DNA of 64,000 bases from Ottowia sp. (GCA_052170415.1 JBQNAO010000003.1:43400-107399); one strand, 5' to 3'; shown: positions 39,197 to 49,150, counted from the stretch's first letter. Notes: generated by a model from the letters alone, not told the origin. A program made the numbers and translations.

Positions 39197-39210
39197 GGCG
39201 TTTTCTGATT

Positions 39211-39292
39211 AAAAAAGCGGCAAACGTGCCGCCGCGCCCGTGGATACTGCGAAGGGCGCTATCAAAACAGGAAAAATCTGTGGATAACTTTG
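39211..39292 (-). repeat. DnaA-box intergenic repeat, copy H
   Basis: Reverse complement reads AAGTTATCCACAGATTTTTCCTGTTTTGATAGCGCCCTTCGCAGTATCCACGGGCGCGGCGGCACGTTTGCCGCTTTTTT. DnaA box at 39279..39287. Confidence 0.9.
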
Positions 39293-39383
39293 CCCCGTGC
39301 GGGGCGGGCGGGGAATGAAAAAGGCCCGCTGCAAGGGCGGGCCGGGAAAAGTCGGGCAAGGCGCGGCGGCCTGCCGTCGGGGC

Positions 39384-40370
39384 TTATTTGATGATTTCGC
39401 TGGCTTGCTGGCGCAGCTCGTCAGTCAGGGTCACGCCCTGGTCGGCCGCGCCTTTTTCGTTGAGGGTGAGGGTCATTTTTGCGCCCGTTTCGCTGGCGAT
39501 GTCGCCGGGTTTTTCGCCCTTGAGGATGCGATCGACCAGCTTGGCGGCCTGGCGGCCCAGGTCGTAATAGCTCATGCCCAGGGCTGCGGCGGCGCCGCGC
39601 TGGGCGCTGCCGGGGTCGGAGGCCAGCAGGGGCAGCTTGGCCGTGCGCGCGATGGCCACCATGGTTTCGTAGGAGGAGACGACGTTGTTGTCGGTGGAGC
39701 TGTAAACGATGTCCACCTTGCCGATGAGCGACTTGAGCGCGGGGCCGACATCGACGGTGCGCGCAGCGGGCGCTTCGATCAGGCTCATGCCGCGCTGCTC
39801 CAGCTCGGTTTTGAGGGCCTTGACGATGATGGTGGAGTTGACCTCGCCGGGGCTGTAGACCATGCCCACGCGCTTGGCGTCGGGGCGCAGCTTGAGCAGC
39901 AGATCGACTTGCGGCGGGATGGGCAGGCGGTCGGACACGCCGGTGACGTTGCCGCCGGCCGGGTCCATGCTTTTGACCAGTTTGGCGGCCACGGGGTCGG
40001 TCACGGCGGCGTAAACGACGGGAATGCTGCGCGTGGCCGCCGCTGCCGCCTGCGCGCTGGGCGTGGCGATGGCGACGATGGCGTCCACTTTGTCGCCCAC
40101 GAATTTCTTGGCGATCTGCCCGGCCGTGGCGGTGTTGCCCTGCGCGCTTTGGTAGTTGAGCTTGAGCTTGTCGGGCCCCCAGCCCAGCGCGCGCAGCTCG
40201 TCTTCCACGCCCTTGCGGGCGGCGTCCAGCGAGGGGTGTTCGACGATGGCGGTGATGCCCACGGTTTTGACCTGCGCCCAGACGGGCGCGGCCCAGGCGG
40301 CGCAGGCCAGGGCCAGTGCGCCCAGCGCGGCGCGGCGGGCGAGGAAGGAAACGTTGCGGGTGGCAGTCAT
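39384..40370 (-). CDS. ABC transporter substrate-binding protein (ABC_sub_bind/DUF534-like)
   Basis: 328 aa. Signal peptide with RRAALGALALACAAWAAPVWA. No adjacent permease or ATPase. Confidence 0.7.
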   Translation of the reverse strand: MTATRNVSFLARRAALGALALACAAWAAPVWAQVKTVGITAIVEHPSLDAARKGVEDELRALGWGPDKLKLNYQSAQGNTATAGQIAKKFVGDKVDAIVAIATPSAQAAAAATRSIPVVYAAVTDPVAAKLVKSMDPAGGNVTGVSDRLPIPPQVDLLLKLRPDAKRVGMVYSPGEVNSTIIVKALKTELEQRGMSLIEAPAARTVDVGPALKSLIGKVDIVYSSTDNNVVSSYETMVAIARTAKLPLLASDPGSAQRGAAAALGMSYYDLGRQAAKLVDRILKGEKPGDIASETGAKMTLTLNEKGAADQGVTLTDELRQQASEIIK

Positions 40371-40435
40371 GGCGGGGGTTGGCTTTCTGATCGGGGGAAA
40401 GAAAAAGGGAAATCGGTGCGCGCCGCTTCGGGTGG

Positions 40436-41125
40436 TTAGCGCACCACCTGCATTTGCCCGCGAATTTCGCCGGCGGGCCAGCCGGGCGTGGTCACGCTCA
40501 CATACCAGGAGCCGTTTTGCAAATCGCGCGCCTGCTGGGGGGTGAGGGTGGCGCGGCCTTCGTAGCTGGGGCCGAAGGGGCCGGGCCAGATGATGGTTTT
40601 GGGCGCTACCTGCCCCGGCTGGGCCGGGCCGTAGAAGGCCACGCTGGTGATGGGGCCGCTCAGCCCGCTCCAGCTGGCCTTCCAGCGCAGCAGGCGGGTT
40701 TGGGTGTCATACACCGCGTCGATCTGGCCCTGGCCGTTGGTGTGGCTGGCGGGCACGGCCTGCGCGCTGGTGAGCGGGGTGGAAAAAGTCAGCAGGTGCG
40801 AGTGCATGTCCGGCTGCGCGGGCTGGACCTGGGGCGGGGCCTGGTATGAGGCCGGATCGGCGCTGCCTTCGGGCGTGAGCGGGGCCAGCTCCTGCGTTTG
40901 GGTGTAGCTGGGCTGCACGGGCTGGCTTTGCGGCGTTTCGCCCACGGGCGTTCCCACGGGCTGCACGCCCGCCGGGGCTGCGCCCATGCCGGGCATGCGC
41001 ACCTGCGTGGGCGCGTAGCGCTCGTTCAAATCCACCGAAGAGCAGGCCGCCAGCAGCGCCGCCAGCGAGCCTGCGGCCAGCGCGCGGCCTGCACGCGGCA
41101 GCAAAAGAGGTTGTTGCAAGTTCAT
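40436..41125 (-). CDS. CHRD domain lipoprotein
   Basis: Internal ATG gives MNLQQPLLLPRAGRALAAGSLAALLAAC (lipobox). C-terminal ...SWYVSVTTPGWPAGEIRGQM (CHRD-type YVNVHT..GEIRGQ). Confidence 0.7.
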   Translation of the reverse strand: MNLQQPLLLPRAGRALAAGSLAALLAACSSVDLNERYAPTQVRMPGMGAAPAGVQPVGTPVGETPQSQPVQPSYTQTQELAPLTPEGSADPASYQAPPQVQPAQPDMHSHLLTFSTPLTSAQAVPASHTNGQGQIDAVYDTQTRLLRWKASWSGLSGPITSVAFYGPAQPGQVAPKTIIWPGPFGPSYEGRATLTPQQARDLQNGSWYVSVTTPGWPAGEIRGQMQVVR

Positions 41126-41267
41126 GAACGTGTTGCCAATCAAAGTGAAAAACGGGCCGCGCCCGAAATGCGGCGAAAGGCGGCAATGGTAGCGGGCAGG
41201 GCGCTTTGGCCCGTGCCCGCCGCCACAATGGCAGCCCTTGTGTTTTTTTGTTTTTTTCCGATCTGCC

Positions 41268-42179
41268 ATGAGCCATCTTGACGACGCCGCTTTTGCCCAC
41301 TTGCAAAGCTGGCAGGGCCGCAGCCAGACGCTGCACGACACCATCTGCCACGCTCCCCTGCTGGGGCTGGCGGCCACGCTGGATGAGTCGGCCGACGCCG
41401 CCAGCGGCCCCTGGGCCGCGCACGCCGCGCTGCCGCCGCTGGCGCACTGGCTGTTTTTTCTGCCGCGCCAGCGCCAAAGCGAGCTGGGGCCGGACGGCCA
41501 CGCGCGCCGGGGCGGCTTTTTGCCCCCCGTGCCGCTGCCGCGCCGCATGTGGGCGGGCGGGCAGCTTCAGTGGGAAACGGACAACCCCCTGCGCGTGGGC
41601 GATGAGGCGCAGCGCACATCCACCATCGCCAGCGTGCAGCGCAAGCGCGGCCGCACGGGCGATCTGGTTTTCGTGCAGGTGCGCCACGACATCGCCAACG
41701 CGCGCGGCCACTGCCTGACGGAAACGCACGACATCGTTTACCGCGCCGCCGCCGTGGCCGGCCAGCCTGCATCCGAACCCGCCCCCGAGCCTTTCCAGCC
41801 CGCCGCGCCCGCGCATTGGCAGCAAACCGTGTGCGCCGACGATGTGCTTTTGTTTCGCTACTCCGCGCTCACCTTCAACGGCCACCGCATCCACTACGAC
41901 CGGCGCTACGTCACCGAAGTGGAGGGCTATCCGGGCCTCATCGTGCATGGCCCGCTGATGGCCACCTGGCTCACCCGCCTGGCCTGCCGCCAGGCCGCCC
42001 CCGGCGCGCGCATGCGGCGCTTTGCCTTCAGGGCGCTGCGCCCGGTGTTCGATGCCAGCCCCATCACCTTGCACGGCTGCCCGGCCGACCCCGCCGGCCA
42101 GAGCCTGGACTTGTGGATCACCAACCCCGCCGGCGCGCTCGTCATGCAGGCAGAGGCCCACATGCAGCCGACCGCCTGA
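41268..42179 (+). CDS. MaoC-like/hotdog-fold dehydratase family protein
   Basis: Internal ATG gives MSHLDDAAF... NGHRIHYDRRYVTEVEGYPGLIVHGPLMATWL. Confidence 0.65.
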   Translation: MSHLDDAAFAHLQSWQGRSQTLHDTICHAPLLGLAATLDESADAASGPWAAHAALPPLAHWLFFLPRQRQSELGPDGHARRGGFLPPVPLPRRMWAGGQLQWETDNPLRVGDEAQRTSTIASVQRKRGRTGDLVFVQVRHDIANARGHCLTETHDIVYRAAAVAGQPASEPAPEPFQPAAPAHWQQTVCADDVLLFRYSALTFNGHRIHYDRRYVTEVEGYPGLIVHGPLMATWLTRLACRQAAPGARMRRFAFRALRPVFDASPITLHGCPADPAGQSLDLWITNPAGALVMQAEAHMQPTA

Positions 42180-42208
42180 AATCTTCCCCGCCGCAACCCT
42201 TTTTCCCC

Positions 42209-43696
42209 ATGACCGCCCACACCTTCCTCTGGCACGACTACGAAACCTGGGGCGCCAACCCGCGCCGCCACCTGCCCGCCCAATTTGCCGCCCAGCGCAC
42301 CGACGATCAGCTTCAGCCCATAGGCGAGCCGCTGGTCTATTACTGCCGCCCGCCGCTGGACGCCCTGCCCGAGCCTGAAAGCGCCCTCGTCACCGGCCTC
42401 ACCCCCCAGCTTTGCGCCAGCCGCGGCCTGCCCGAAAGCGAATTTGCCGACCGCATCCACGCCGCCCTGGCCGCGCCCGGCACCATAGGCGTGGGCTACA
42501 ACAGCATCCGCTTTGACGACGAAGTCACCCGCCACCTGCTCTGGCGCAACCTGCTCGACCCCTACGCGCGCGAATGGCAAAACGGCAACGCCCGCTGGGA
42601 CTTGCTCGACGTGGCCCGCTGCGCCCACGCCCTGCGCCCGCAGGGCATTCAGTGGCCGCTCGATGATGAGGGCCTGCCCACCTTCCGCCTGGAAAAACTC
42701 AGCGCCGCCAACGGGCTGATGCACGAAGCCGCGCACGACGCGCTCTCCGATGTGAACGCCACCATCGCCCTGGCGCGCCTCATCCGCCAGGCCCAGCCGC
42801 GCCTGTTCGACTTTTGCCTGGCGCTGCGCGAGAAGAAAAAAGCCGCCCTCGAAATGGGCCTGCCCGCCACCAGCCAGACCGCCCGGCCCTTTTTGCACAT
42901 CAGCGGCATGTTTGGCGCGGCCCGGGGCAACCTGGCCCTCATGGCCCCGCTGGCCATGCACCCGCACAACCGCAACGAAATCCTGGCCTGGGACTTGATG
43001 CACGACCCCGCCGAGCTGGCCGACCTCAGCGCCGAGCAAGTGCGCCAGCGCCTGTTCACCCCCGCCGCCCAGCTGCCCGAAGGCACGCCGCGCCTGCCCG
43101 TCAAAAGCGTGCACCTGAACCGCGCCCCCATCGTCATCTCCAGCCTCAAAACCCTGCCCGACGAACGCGCCGCCCACTGGGGCATCGACTACGCGCTGGC
43201 CCTGGGCCAGCACCTGCCGCGCCTGCACGCGCTGCCTGACTTGAGCGCGCTGTGGAGCGACGTCTATCAGCGCCCCGCCGCCGGCGACGCAGCGCCCGAA
43301 GCGTCCGAAATGCCCGACGTGGACGAAAACCTCTACGGCGGCTTCACCAGCGACGAAGACCGCCGCCGCCTGGCCCGCCTGCGCCTGCTGCCCGCAGCCG
43401 AAATCGCCCGCACCCAAACCGGCTTTGACGACCCGCGCCTGCCCGAGCTGGTGTGGCGCTGGCGCGCGCGCAACCACCCCGAAACCCTCACCGCGCCAGA
43501 GCGCCAGCGCTGGCAGCAGCACCGCCAGGCGCGCCTTTTGCACGGCGCGGGCCAGCACACCAGCATTCAGAGCTACTTCGAAAAAATCGACGCCCTGGCC
43601 GCCGCCCACGAAAGCGACGAACGCGCCCAGGCCCTGCTGGGCGCGCTCTACGAATGGGGCGAGGCCCTGGGCGAAAGCCTGGAAGAAAACTCCTGA
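42209..43696 (+). CDS. sbcB: Exodeoxyribonuclease I
   Basis: Internal ATG gives MTAHTFLWHDYETWGANPRR (DEDDh exo I motif HDYETxG), ...GYNSIRFDDEVTR, ...HDALSDV. Confidence 0.9.
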   Translation: MTAHTFLWHDYETWGANPRRHLPAQFAAQRTDDQLQPIGEPLVYYCRPPLDALPEPESALVTGLTPQLCASRGLPESEFADRIHAALAAPGTIGVGYNSIRFDDEVTRHLLWRNLLDPYAREWQNGNARWDLLDVARCAHALRPQGIQWPLDDEGLPTFRLEKLSAANGLMHEAAHDALSDVNATIALARLIRQAQPRLFDFCLALREKKKAALEMGLPATSQTARPFLHISGMFGAARGNLALMAPLAMHPHNRNEILAWDLMHDPAELADLSAEQVRQRLFTPAAQLPEGTPRLPVKSVHLNRAPIVISSLKTLPDERAAHWGIDYALALGQHLPRLHALPDLSALWSDVYQRPAAGDAAPEASEMPDVDENLYGGFTSDEDRRRLARLRLLPAAEIARTQTGFDDPRLPELVWRWRARNHPETLTAPERQRWQQHRQARLLHGAGQHTSIQSYFEKIDALAAAHESDERAQALLGALYEWGEALGESLEENS

Positions 43697-43717
43697 AAAC
43701 AGGCCGCAGGAAGGCAA

Positions 43718-43822
43718 GGTTATCCACAGATTATTCCTGAATTGATAGCGCCCTGCGCAGTGTTTACGGGCGCTGCGGCTGGTTGGCACAATAATTAAGC
43801 AAAATCTTGTATCTGAATGCGA
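43718..43822 (+). repeat. DnaA-box intergenic repeat, copy I (long form)
   Basis: GGTTATCCACAGATTATTCCTGAATTGATAGCGCCCTGCGCAGTGTTTACGGGCGCTGCGGCTGG...TTAAGCAAAATCTTGTATCTGAATGC. DnaA box at 43720..43728. Confidence 0.9.
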
Positions 43823-43861
43823 ACGGGCGGCGGCCAGTCAGGCCACACACCGCCCGGACAT

Positions 43862-43891
43862 AAAAAAGCCAGCCCGAGGGCTGGCTTTTTT
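43862..43891. terminator. Bidirectional rho-independent terminator
   Basis: AAAAAAGCCAGCC-CGAG-GGCTGGCTTTTTT, between the convergent sbcB and surface-protein genes. Confidence 0.85.
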
Positions 43892-43955
43892 CATGTCAAA
43901 CGCACTTCAAGCGCACTTCAAACGACTTGGGCGCTTTCAGTTTTTCAGGCGCTTT

Positions 43956-45544
43956 TCAAGCCTTCTTGCGCACGCGCCTTGCCCGCGCCGCTGCGCCAGC
44001 CAGCAGGCCGCCGGTGAGCAGCAGGCCCAGGTACGAGAGCGCAGGCACGGGCGCGACGCCGGGGGCGACATAGGCCGACGATTTCAAAAACCACTCGTTG
44101 CCCACCTGGTGCAGCGTGTATTGAAAGCCGCCGCTGATCACCGGTGCGGGCAGGGTGAAGGCAGTGGCCGGGGCCGTGCCGGTTACGCGCGCCACCAGAA
44201 TGCCGTTGCCGCTTGTGGCTATGCCCGCGCCGGGCAGCGTGGTGACTTCAATCTGCGTGGAACCGGTGACGTTGCCGTTGACCAGCAGCGCATCGGCGTC
44301 CAGGCCGATGGCGTGATTGCCGCCGCTGGCCAGGTTCACGTCCAGCTTCAATTTGCTGCCGCTGCCGCCGCCGGCGTAGTTGCCGTTGATGGTGAGCACG
44401 TCGCCCGTGGTGGGCGTGGCGTCTTTCAAGTCGATGACGCCGCCGGTGTTTTTCACGCCGTCGGCATGGCTGGCGGTGAGGGTGTGCGATGAGTCCAGGC
44501 TCAAGACGGCATCGCCGGTGAGTTCCATCCGGCCCAGCGCGCTGTCGGCGTTCAGCTTCCACTTCGCGGCGGCGCTCATGTTCAGGGTAAAGCGCGCGTT
44601 GCTCGCCGCCTTGCCGGTGTAAGCGCCGCCCTGGGCGTTGAAGGTGTAGTTGCCGCCCGTGGCCTGCCACAGCGTTTCGGCGGCGACGGCGGCATGGGCC
44701 AGATCGGTGCGGGCGGGGGCGGCGTTGCGCACGTCGAAGGCGATGCTGCCCGGATCGGTGTAGTGGATTTGCAAACCGGCTGCGGCCACCAGCGGCGCGG
44801 CGTGCTGGCCGCGAATGCTGACGGCCGCGCCGCTGCTGCCCCTGATTTGCGAGCCTGCGCCCAGGTGGATTTGGCCGGTGTTGAAAAAGCGCAGGCCGAT
44901 GCCGTCGGCGCTGTCCAGATTCAGCGCGCCGTTGATATGGATGGGGCCGAACACCTGCACGCCCCAGGAATTGGGGCCGCTGATCTGAATCGTGGTGTCG
45001 CCGCCGATCACATCGCCATTGGGGTGCGTCTGGCGTATGCCTATGGCGTAGTTGCGGCCGCAATCAGGCTGCCCGTCTCGTCCGAGAACACGCCCATGCG
45101 GTGTATGCCGGGGCCGGCCTGCAAATCCACCCGCGTGGTGCCATCGACCCTGATCTGCCCGCCATCCATGGCCATCAGGGCCGCCGTTTCGACCACGCCC
45201 GCCTGCGGCACGCTCACATCGCCCTTGAAGTGAATGAGCGAATCGTCGCCATCGGCGCGGATGTGGGCGTAATCCATGGGCCCGATCGAGCTGCCCGTGG
45301 TGAAAGTCACGCTCTGGCCGACGGTGAGCGTGCCGCCCGACGTGGCCAGCAGCGCATCGGCGCGGTTCACATAAGTGCCCTGCGTGGCCGTGCAAACGCT
45401 GTTTGAAGAGGCCCGCCCCTGCGTGGCGGTATCCGTGCAAGCGCCCCAGGCCACAGGCGCGCCCAGCAGGGCAGCGGCGGCCAAAGCGGGCACGCGCCAG
45501 CGCGCAATCTGCGGGGGAAGAAGGCGGCTCTGATCACGGCTCAT
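43956..45544 (-). pseudogene. Frameshifted surface/adhesin-like repeat protein with an IPTL/PEP-CTERM-like C-terminal sorting signal
   Basis: The N-terminal part is ORF 45041..45667 from the ATG at 45544 (MSRDQSRLLPPQIARWRVPALAAAALLGAPVAWGA|C). The C-terminal part is ORF 43956..45440, plausible from ...GRNYAIGIRQ onward. The frames switch near 45045..45075. The C-terminus is PVPALSYLGLLLTGGLLAGAAARARRVRKKA. Confidence 0.7.
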
Positions 45545-45677
45545 ATTGAAAACCTTTCGCAACAACAAAAGACGCGGATGTTGCCAGCCGCCAGCTGCCG
45601 CGCCGCGCTGAAAAGAGGCCGTTTTTTTACTTGCCCCCCCCGCGCCGCGCCGGCTTTGAATGCGCATCGAATGCCCA

Positions 45678-45780
45678 GGTTATCCACAGATTTTTCCTGA
45701 ATTGATAGCGCGCTTCGCAGCATGGACAGGAGCTGCGGGCGGATCGCCTGTTTTATAAGCAAAATCTTGTAATGGAATGC
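45678..45780 (+). repeat. DnaA-box intergenic repeat, copy J (long form)
   Basis: GGTTATCCACAGATTTTTCCTGAATTGATAGCGCGCTTCGCAGCATGGACAGGAGCTGCGGGCGG...TATAAGCAAAATCTTGTAATGGAATGC. DnaA box at 45680..45688. Confidence 0.9.
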
Positions 45781-45985
45781 AAGCGGGGACGGCCATGAAA
45801 AAGCGCGCGGGCCGCTTGCGCCCTGGCCTTGGCGACTTGCCGGTTTCCGCCCGCCCGGGTTTCCGACTTGCCGGTTTTCGATTTCCCGATTTCCGGACGG
45901 GCCGCTGGCCCGAAGCGCCGCTTTGGGCTGGCCTGCACGATTGCGGGAAAGGCCCATCAGGCCCCATCAGGCCTCGTATCGCAGG

Positions 45986-46062
45986 CACTTATCCACAGAT
46001 TTTTCCTGTTTTGATAGCACGCTTCGCAGCATGGACGGGCGCTGCGGGCGGTTTGCTTATTT
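45986..46062 (+). repeat. DnaA-box intergenic repeat, copy K
   Basis: CTTATCCACAGATTTTTCCTGTTTTGATAGCACGCTTCGCAGCATGGACGGGCGCTGCGGGCGGTTTGCTTATTTGATGGGC. DnaA box at 45989..45997. Confidence 0.85.
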
Positions 46063-46080
46063 GATGGGCAAAAAGGCGCT

Positions 46081-46959
46081 TCAGCCAAATTCCCGGCCCA
46101 GTTCCCGGGCGCGCTGGCAGGCGGCGTGCATGGCGGCGCTGAAGGCGGGGCCAACGCCGCTGGTTTGCATGGCGGTGATGGCGGCGTGGGTGGTGCCGCC
46201 GGGGCTGGTGACGCGCTGGCGCAGGGTGGCCGGCGGCTCGCCGCCCTGGGCGGCCAGCGCGCTTGCGCCGCTGAAGGTGGCCACGGCCAGGCGCAGGGCA
46301 TCGGCGGCGGGCAGGCCCATTTGCTCGCCGGCCTGCTGCATGGCTTCCAGGAAATAAAAAACGTAGGCCGGGCCGGAGCCGGAAAGGGCGGTGACGGCGT
46401 CCAGCAGTTCTTCGCGCGGCACCCAGAGAAACTGGCCGGTGGCGCTGGCGGCGCGCTCGGCCAGGGCGCGTTCGTCGGCGGTGACGGCGCTGCCCGCGTA
46501 CAGCCCGGTCATACCCTGGCCGATGAGGGCGGGGGTGTTGGGCATGGCGCGCACGATGCGGTCGCTGCCCAGCCAGCGGGCCAGGCTGGCAGTGCCGATG
46601 CCGGCAGCGACCGACAGGTGCAGCGGGGCGGCGTTTGGCGTTTCAGCCAGGCGCTGCGCAATGGGCGCGGCGGCCTGGGCGAAGACCTGGGGCTTGACGG
46701 CCCAGACGATGAGCCGCGCCTGCGCCAGCGCGGCCCGGGCGGCGGGGCTTTGCGCGTCGGGCAGCGCGTGCACGCCCAGGCGCTGGCGCAGGGCATCGGC
46801 GGCGCTGGCGGCCGGCTCGATGATGCGGATGCGCTCTGCCTGTGCGCCCTGGCGCAGCAGGCCGGCAGCGATGGCGCTGGCCATGTTGCCGCCGCCGATG
46901 AAGACGGTGGGGGGCAGATCGAGGGCGGCGGCGGGGGCTTGGATGTCGGCAGGGGGCAT
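46081..46959 (-). CDS. proC: Pyrroline-5-carboxylate reductase
   Basis: 292 aa. FIGGGNMASAIAAGL NAD(P)-binding motif and ...VTSPGGTTHAAI. Confidence 0.9.
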   Translation of the reverse strand: MPPADIQAPAAALDLPPTVFIGGGNMASAIAAGLLRQGAQAERIRIIEPAASAADALRQRLGVHALPDAQSPAARAALAQARLIVWAVKPQVFAQAAAPIAQRLAETPNAAPLHLSVAAGIGTASLARWLGSDRIVRAMPNTPALIGQGMTGLYAGSAVTADERALAERAASATGQFLWVPREELLDAVTALSGSGPAYVFYFLEAMQQAGEQMGLPAADALRLAVATFSGASALAAQGGEPPATLRQRVTSPGGTTHAAITAMQTSGVGPAFSAAMHAACQRARELGREFG

Positions 46960-47060
46960 GGGCGGTTTCCTTGGCTAATAAAGAAAAAACCGAGTGTGGC
47001 GCAGGGCCGGGCGGCAGGGGGCGGCTCCGGCCGGCCCGGCCCGGCTCTTGGGCGCTGCGA

Positions 47061-47954
47061 TCAGGCGCTGGCGAAGCGGCCCGAGTTGAAGTCGGCAATC
47101 GCCTGGGCGATTTCTTCGCGGCTGTTCATCACGAAGGGGCCGTAGCCGACGACCGGCTCGTTAATGGGCTGGCCTGCCAGCACGAGCAGCTTGGCGTTGC
47201 CGTTGGCCTCGATACGGATGCCGCTGCCTGCGTGCGAGAGCGTGGCCATTTCGGCGGCGCGCAGCACTTGCTCGCCATTGACGAGCACGGCGCCGGCGAG
47301 CACGACGATGAGCGCGCTCCAGCCTTCGGGCTGCGAGAGGTCGGCGCTTTGGCCTGCGGCCAGGCGCACGTCCCATACGTTCATCGGGCTGTAGGTGGCA
47401 GCCGGGCCGCGCTGGCCGGCGTATTCGCCCGCGATGACGCGCAGCCGGCCCGCATCGGCCGGTAGCGCGACGGCGGGAATTTGCGCGCTGGCGATGCTTT
47501 GGTAGTGCGCCGGGGTCATCTTGTCTTTCTTGGGCAGGTTGACCCAGAGCTGAACCATCTCGAAGGGGCCGCCGGTTTGGCTGTAGCGCTCGGAGTGGAA
47601 CTCTTCATGCAGGATGCCGCCGCCGGCGGTCATCCACTGCACATCGCCCTTGCCGATGACGCCGCCTGCGCCGGTGCTGTCGCGGTGCTCGACTTCGCCG
47701 TCATAGACGATGGTCACGGTTTCAAAGCCCCGGTGCGGGTGCCGCCCCACGCCACGGCGCGCTCCGCTGTTGGGGGCGAATTCGGCGGGGGCGGCGTAGT
47801 CCAGCAGCAAAAAGGGGCTGCGCTCGGCCACGCCCGCGCCGTCGTAGCCAAACATGCCGTGCACGGGAAAGCCGTCGCCTACCCAGTGGCGGCCCGGGGC
47901 GCGGCGCACATCCAGCACGGTTTTGGCGGTGGTGTTGACAGTGGTGGGAGTCAT
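47061..47954 (-). CDS. Pirin-family protein
   Basis: Internal ATG at 47954 gives MTPTTVN... HPHRGFETVTIVYDGEVEHRDS (pirin metal-binding motif). The upstream part of ORF 47061..49043 is an artefact. Confidence 0.88.
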   Translation of the reverse strand: MTPTTVNTTAKTVLDVRRAPGRHWVGDGFPVHGMFGYDGAGVAERSPFLLLDYAAPAEFAPNSGARRGVGRHPHRGFETVTIVYDGEVEHRDSTGAGGVIGKGDVQWMTAGGGILHEEFHSERYSQTGGPFEMVQLWVNLPKKDKMTPAHYQSIASAQIPAVALPADAGRLRVIAGEYAGQRGPAATYSPMNVWDVRLAAGQSADLSQPEGWSALIVVLAGAVLVNGEQVLRAAEMATLSHAGSGIRIEANGNAKLLVLAGQPINEPVVGYGPFVMNSREEIAQAIADFNSGRFASA

Positions 47955-48096
47955 GAACGCAGTCCTTTCTTTTTTGAAGTGTTCGCCCGGTTTGTGCGGG
48001 GCGGATTGAATTGTCTGATGAATACAATGACTGAAAAAGTAGCAAAAAATGCCTACAGTGTTGCAAATTTCAGAACGATGAAAGGAGTGCGAGAGC

Positions 48097-49101
48097 GTGC
48101 TGGAGATCAACGAAGCCTTTGCCGAGAACCTCAACGACTGGGTGTGCTTTGCGGCCGTGGCCGAGCACGGCGGCTTTGCCGCGGCGGGGCGGGCGCTGGA
48201 TACGCCCAAATCGCGCCTGAGCCGGCGCGTGGCGCTGCTGGAAGAGCGCCTGGGCGTGCGCTTGTTGCAGCGCACGACGCGGCGCTTTGCCGTGACGGAG
48301 ACGGGCCAGGCTTTTTTGCGCCACTGCCAGGCCATGCTGGCCGAGGTGCAGGCGGGGCGGGCGCTGGCGCAGGGGCAGGCGGCGCAGCCGGGCGGGCGCG
48401 TGCGCCTGGCCTGCCCGCCCGCGCTGCTGCAAGCCGGGGTGGGGCAGATGCTGGCGCGCGCGCTCAAGGCCTGGCCGCTGATCGAATTGCAGGTGCTGGC
48501 CGGCAACGGCGCGGTGGATGTGTGGGAAGGCGGGGTGGATCTGGCCCTGCGCGTGCGCCCGGCGCAGGCGGCGCTGCCGGCCGATGAAATCGTGCGCACG
48601 CTGGCGATCAGCCCGCATGTGCTGGTGGCCGCGCCGCAATTGCTGGCCCATGCCGCGCCGCCGGCTGCGCCGCAGGACGTGCTGGCGCTGCCCACGCTGG
48701 GCCTGGGGCCGCAGGCCGATGAGGCGCTGTGGACGCTGCGCCCGCCCGAAGCAGAGGCGGGCCGGGGCCGGAGCGCAGAGCCGGTGGCGCTGGCGCATCG
48801 CCCGCGCTTGCAGGTCAACGACATGGCCGCGCTGCTGTGCGCCGCGCTGGCGGGCGTGGGCTGCGCCGTGCTGCCGCGCATGCTGGCGCACGAGGCGCTG
48901 GCCGACGGGCGCTTGCAGCAATTGCTGCCCGATTGGCAATTGCCCGCCTGGTCGGTGCAGGCAGCCTTTGCCACGCGGCGCGGCATGCGCGCAGCCGTGC
49001 GGCAGGTGATAGACGAGCTGGCAGGCGGCTTTGAAGAACTCATCGCCCGGGGCCAATGCCTGCCGGCGGGGCCGACGACCCATCAGCTTCGGCCTGTGTG
49101 A
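48097..49101 (+). CDS. LysR-family transcriptional regulator (divergent from the pirin gene)
   Basis: GTG start with AAAGGAG 9 nt upstream. Intact wHTH: GGFAAAGRALDTPKSRLSRRVALLEERLGVRLLQRTTRRFAVTETG. Confidence 0.88.
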   Translation: MLEINEAFAENLNDWVCFAAVAEHGGFAAAGRALDTPKSRLSRRVALLEERLGVRLLQRTTRRFAVTETGQAFLRHCQAMLAEVQAGRALAQGQAAQPGGRVRLACPPALLQAGVGQMLARALKAWPLIELQVLAGNGAVDVWEGGVDLALRVRPAQAALPADEIVRTLAISPHVLVAAPQLLAHAAPPAAPQDVLALPTLGLGPQADEALWTLRPPEAEAGRGRSAEPVALAHRPRLQVNDMAALLCAALAGVGCAVLPRMLAHEALADGRLQQLLPDWQLPAWSVQAAFATRRGMRAAVRQVIDELAGGFEELIARGQCLPAGPTTHQLRPV

Positions 49102-49150
49102 AGGCCATACGTCTCCAGCCGCGCCCTACACCAGAGAGGAAACAGGGCGA

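Noticed and set aside
47955-49043. Upstream 363 codons of the 660-aa minus ORF containing the pirin gene.
   Set aside because: This stretch is Ser/Ala/Arg/Cys-rich nonsense antisense to the LysR gene. Pirin homology begins at the ATG at 47954.
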